Shown here one piece after another: positions 35,248-38,579 of a DNA stretch of 38,579 nt. The position numbers were made by a program, and so were the translations under genes. Below the pieces are notes generated by a model that was given only the letters and a program-made list of their open reading frames with translations, was not told the DNA's origin and searched no databases. This stretch comes from a virus (taxonomy: Duplodnaviria > Caudoviricetes), in IMG/VR virus record IMGVR_UViG_3300025840_000087, positions 1 through 38,579 of that record; one strand, 5' to 3'. How positions within the stretch are numbered: position 1 is the stretch's first letter; the number at the start of each line of letters is the position of its first letter.

Positions 35248-35278
35248 TTTGAATCCTTAAAAGGTCTTTTTGTATAAA
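35248..35278 (+). promoter_or_regulatory. ECF-like promoter variant
   Basis: TTTGAATC-N17-TATAAA. Confidence 0.5.
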
Positions 35279-35280
35279 GG

Positions 35281-35475
35281 GTGGAGTATAACACAAGGGG
35301 AGCATTGTCTCTTTCTGTTTACAACGCAGATTCAGGACTTAAGATGAGAACCATAATGGTCGATAAAAACATTGCTTCCAGTGTCCGGCTTGCCATCACC
35401 AAGGCAACATCCAACCCCTCACTTATAGTTAATGACCCAATGGCTTTAGAGATAATCCTAACAAATCACACATAA
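35281..35475 (+). CDS. hypothetical protein
   Basis: 64 aa directly after promoter variant. Confidence 0.45.
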   Translation: MEYNTRGALSLSVYNADSGLKMRTIMVDKNIASSVRLAITKATSNPSLIVNDPMALEIILTNHT

Positions 35476-35674
35476 ATGGGTGGTTTGAAACAGGACGATC
35501 CGGAAGCAGTATAAAAACCGAGGACGTGAAATGCAGAGAATGGATATGGTGGTTTCTCCATAATGCATAACAATTCGAACAAGCAAACACGTCCGATTTC
35601 TACACCCAGTAGAATCTCTCGGGGAGGCCACTACGGTGGTCTCCTATTTTTATCCACTCTAAAACTGAAAAACC

Positions 35675-36019
35675 ATGTATGAGAAGATTCCAGATGATAT
35701 GAATGTCATCACCCCTCCCCAAATAAAGGGGGTGGAAAAAGGCCAAGAAGTGTATACCGCCAAAGATAGCACGCTGGGTTATGGTAGAAAATGGAATGTG
35801 GTGAAAGCCTCGGGATCGGGCATAATTCTCGAATGTACGGGGTTTTGGGGAAGATCGCACTTTTCTCCTGGTTCCAACAGGATCATTCACCCCCACGAAG
35901 ATTCATTCTATATGAAAGTTCACGATATGTTCCATAGGGATGTGAACGACACAAAGATAAGAATGACAAAAAACAATACATCTTTCCCCAAATTCATAAC
36001 CTTCGAGTCACCATGGTAA
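35675..36019 (+). CDS. hypothetical protein
   Basis: 114 aa with A-rich leader. Confidence 0.6.
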   Translation: MYEKIPDDMNVITPPQIKGVEKGQEVYTAKDSTLGYGRKWNVVKASGSGIILECTGFWGRSHFSPGSNRIIHPHEDSFYMKVHDMFHRDVNDTKIRMTKNNTSFPKFITFESPW

Positions 36020-36036
36020 AAGGTGATATCAAGAAA

Positions 36037-36113
36037 TACGGGGTGGAGTATAACCTCTATTACTGGTGGGTGGCTCCCATCAATGCGGGTATTGAATCCC
36101 GTCACCCCGTACA
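36037..36113 (+). ncRNA. degenerate tRNA-like cloverleaf
   Basis: Acceptor 36039-45/36103-09, D arm agta/tact, anticodon arm ggtgg/ccatc, T arm gcggg/cccgt; non-canonical loops, no CCA. Confidence 0.5.
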
Positions 36114-36206
36114 TTATAGTTAGTGAGTGGCTGCTTCATTGCAGCAAACTAGGGTGCTGGGCCAGGATCGATTCCCTGAAAAGGTGAGTCTCCTGGTTCC
36201 AGTGTA

Positions 36207-36237
36207 TTTGAAACTTTTGGTGAGTTCCACCCATAGA
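36207..36237 (+). promoter_or_regulatory. ECF-like promoter
   Basis: TTTGAAAC-N17-CATAGA, ATG at 36244. Confidence 0.7.
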
Positions 36238-36243
36238 ACAGTC

Positions 36244-36747
36244 ATGAGACAAAAAGAATGTTACATAGTTCCTGAGATACTCCCAACGGAGGAATCATTC
36301 ATAGATTTCCTAAAGCTACTCAGGAAGGCGTGCCTCACGCTTGTTGATCCAAAGCTGCCTCATATTAAGATCGCACCGGAAGATACCAAGGTGTACATGT
36401 CCAATGGGGTGGTTAACGTTGAATGTCAACCATTGGAGGCCACCTATGTTGAAGTCAATCGCCCATTGGGTTCCGATATGGTCAATGGCAAAAAGTTACA
36501 GGGGCATATGAACATGATTAGCGTCAATAATCCTGTTGCGTTCGATGTCTATGAAAGCCTAAGAATTGGGAACTTCTTAGATTCTATGGATGTTGCTGGG
36601 GTGGCCATAACCTCAAGGCACAGGAGGGCATCTGCGGCAGCAAGACAATTCTTTCAGCCTCCCACTGCTCATCTGGGCATGTTTTCTCATTGGTTGACAG
36701 TCCTTTTGACCGAATTGGGTGATTACCCTGCCGAACACCTAAGATGA
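36244..36747 (+). CDS. hypothetical protein
   Basis: ORF 36127..36747; start moved downstream of promoter (MRQKECY). Confidence 0.65.
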   Translation: MRQKECYIVPEILPTEESFIDFLKLLRKACLTLVDPKLPHIKIAPEDTKVYMSNGVVNVECQPLEATYVEVNRPLGSDMVNGKKLQGHMNMISVNNPVAFDVYESLRIGNFLDSMDVAGVAITSRHRRASAAARQFFQPPTAHLGMFSHWLTVLLTELGDYPAEHLR

Positions 36748-37043
36748 TAGTAAATACAGAAAACATAATGAGAGCATATCTTCTGTTTCCATTGTTATTT
36801 GTTGTGCTAGTCGTAGCTACCATCCTTCTTATATTCCCACTTTCTGTGTACGCAATAGTCAATAGGGTTCCCATGGCTGATGTGTGGTCATCATACTGGC
36901 ACAGCATCATCGATCTCCATGATCTACTGACTTCCAGAAGAGACCTTCACCCCAATGATCCAGTCGCCAGTTTGGTGGTGTACTATGTGGATATGGGTGT
37001 TATTCTCCTGGGATACACAGCAATCATATTCTATTTCATATGA
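36744..37043 (+). CDS. small membrane protein
   Basis: Two hydrophobic segments, ATGA overlaps on both sides. Confidence 0.65.
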   Translation: MIVNTENIMRAYLLFPLLFVVLVVATILLIFPLSVYAIVNRVPMADVWSSYWHSIIDLHDLLTSRRDLHPNDPVASLVVYYVDMGVILLGYTAIIFYFI

Positions 37044-37420
37044 AGAAAAACCAGAATAAAGTTACACCAGAAATACTGGCACTCGCTAACAATCAACCTG
37101 AACACTTTGTGTGTGATTCCAGGGCACTCAGCTTCATAATGAATGATTCGGAACTCGATCTTACCAATCATGAGGATTGGGGAAAGTTCATCATACTTGC
37201 AGGAGAAACAGCCCATTCTGCTTGTGAAGCTTGTAATGAAGGAACATATGGTGCTCTTTGCATTCCTGTGGACTCTGAGGGTTCCATCATGTGGAGCTGG
37301 TATCGTGGTGATTGGAAATGGGAACCCGATATAAAGGAATTGCCAGACGAAGATGAATTCTCCAGAAGGATGATGCTTCTCATCGATGAGTATTCTGCAT
37401 ACATTGATAAAATCCACTGA
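37040..37420 (+). CDS. hypothetical protein
   Basis: 126 aa. Confidence 0.65.
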   Translation: MKKNQNKVTPEILALANNQPEHFVCDSRALSFIMNDSELDLTNHEDWGKFIILAGETAHSACEACNEGTYGALCIPVDSEGSIMWSWYRGDWKWEPDIKELPDEDEFSRRMMLLIDEYSAYIDKIH

Positions 37421-37589
37421 ATTGTTGCCTGGAGAAAAGCTATCACCCAGCTTTCCTGTGGTGTTTAGAAGTGAGCAAAATTCCGTAGACATATTTGTTA
37501 AATACAATAGCGGGGTGGTTAAAATGAGGCGCATTGATGCGGGTGATCCCATAGACTGGGTATTTGAACCCCAGGAACCTCCCGAATGA
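37386..37589 (+). CDS. hypothetical protein
   Basis: 67 aa filling the gap in the operon. Confidence 0.45.
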   Translation: MSILHTLIKSTELLPGEKLSPSFPVVFRSEQNSVDIFVKYNSGVVKMRRIDAGDPIDWVFEPQEPPE

Positions 37590-37598
37590 TACAAAAAT

Positions 37599-38099
37599 AT
37601 GAAAAAAGCAAGCTATAAAGTGATACTGGCATCTGGAAGACTTCATACCATCAGGATGTTGGATGAATTCGTTTACAGATGTGCAATGAAGGACGATCCG
37701 ACTCCTCTCTATCTTACCAAGAGAGAAATTGATGAACATGATGTGGCGGAGCTGGATGAGAACTATTCAAGGGGTTATTCCTGGCTTGATTCTTCCACTG
37801 GTACCTATTTCATCGATGAGGGTGATATGTTCCACACATTTGCTAAGATAGGAACTCCTATTGTTAGTATGATGAGGGAAGATGGTACGTATCGTACCAA
37901 GCGATATGTGGTAGAGACCATCACCGATGAAAAAGGTTGTGCAAGATTCTGCCGGAGAAACATTGGTTATAATGCCTTTGAGTTGGTTGGTATTTTGGAT
38001 CATGCCAAATACGAGGTTCTCTCCCAGATCAATGGGAAGTTTGCCCCAGATACCATCAAAAGAGAGGTTATGGAATTTGACATAGAAGATACTGAATGA
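37599..38099 (+). CDS. hypothetical protein
   Basis: 166 aa; promoter variant TTTGAACC-N17-GATACA at 37563..37593. Confidence 0.7.
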   Translation: MKKASYKVILASGRLHTIRMLDEFVYRCAMKDDPTPLYLTKREIDEHDVAELDENYSRGYSWLDSSTGTYFIDEGDMFHTFAKIGTPIVSMMREDGTYRTKRYVVETITDEKGCARFCRRNIGYNAFELVGILDHAKYEVLSQINGKFAPDTIKREVMEFDIEDTE

Positions 38100-38392
38100 T
38101 GCAACCCATTTTTTATTTCTGCAGGGAACTCAATACTTACATTTTGCCAGTTGGTAGGGGAATGGTTTCTCAGGATGTATTTGAAGACAGCGTGAAAACC
38201 TACACCAGAATGACAGGGGTTCCGTTTGATGACATACAATCAGGAAACATACACGAATCTGCAAGCAGACCAAACCAAAACACCATGATGGTCTTCTTGT
38301 ATGCTCCAGGTCAAGGGATACTGATGAACCCCAATGCCAGTGTAAAGATTTTTGGTACCATGCAGATGATCATAGAAACAATAATGAAATAA
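38096..38392 (+). CDS. hypothetical protein
   Basis: 98 aa, ATGA overlap. Confidence 0.6.
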   Translation: MMQPIFYFCRELNTYILPVGRGMVSQDVFEDSVKTYTRMTGVPFDDIQSGNIHESASRPNQNTMMVFLYAPGQGILMNPNASVKIFGTMQMIIETIMK

Positions 38393-38579
38393 AAGCGAAT
38401 TTGCATTTGCTTGCTGAGGGAGCGGTTAATCCAAATGTGCAATCTGCGATGGGTGATGCCGCTCTCCTCTTTATTTAAATACCATAAGAAACCAGAAACC
38501 ATAGAATGAGACAACTCCAACCTTTAATAAACAATCATTTGGAACGCGCTAAAGAGCACTTTGCTTATCTGGAGGAAAA

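Noticed and set aside
36037-36113. Functional tRNA-Ala(GGC)
   Set aside because: Lacks TTC T loop, D-loop GG, purine 37 and CCA; kept only as tRNA-like.
38538-38575. Further ECF-like promoter at TTTGGAAC
   Set aside because: No xATA box at the 17-nt spacing, and it appears to lie within an ORF running off the window end.
1-38579. Stop-codon reassignment as in some large phages
   Set aside because: Core genes are full length in the standard code and TAA, TAG and TGA all end genes; breaks are confined to decayed accessory genes.
1-38579. CRISPR array
   Set aside because: No repeat occurs three or more times with regular unique spacers.

Overview
Segment of a large T4-like (jumbo-type) dsDNA phage genome, standard genetic code, host probably Bacteroidota (inference from A-rich SD-less starts and Bacteroidota-style secreted proteins). 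Core genes: gp51/gp26-like baseplate hub pair, gp32 SSB, gp61-like primase, UvsY-like, UvsW helicase and a terminase large subunit. Most notable signals: (1) the terminase gene encodes only the C-half of an atypically split intein plus the C-extein; no N-half is visible in the window, so it probably needs protein trans-splicing; (2) at least 13 otherwise unrelated ORFs or ORF segments share a short tag (K-R-L-P-L-F-E-x-F or K-T-F-S-E-F-I-N-E) resembling the T4 capsid-targeting sequence, mostly behind TAAATA late promoters, carrying ART-like, GNAT, LRR and ankyrin-associated cargo, with duplication scars indicating cassette turnover, plus an 829-aa candidate polyprotein; (3) an 11-copy ECF-sigma-like promoter TTTG(A/G)AAC-N17-xATA; (4) several structured non-coding RNAs behind or near that promoter, including a ~410-nt ROOL-like RNA, a ~200-nt unknown RNA and a degenerate tRNA-like cloverleaf; (5) a tnpB 3' remnant. 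All family assignments are by-eye motif recognition, no searches were run.
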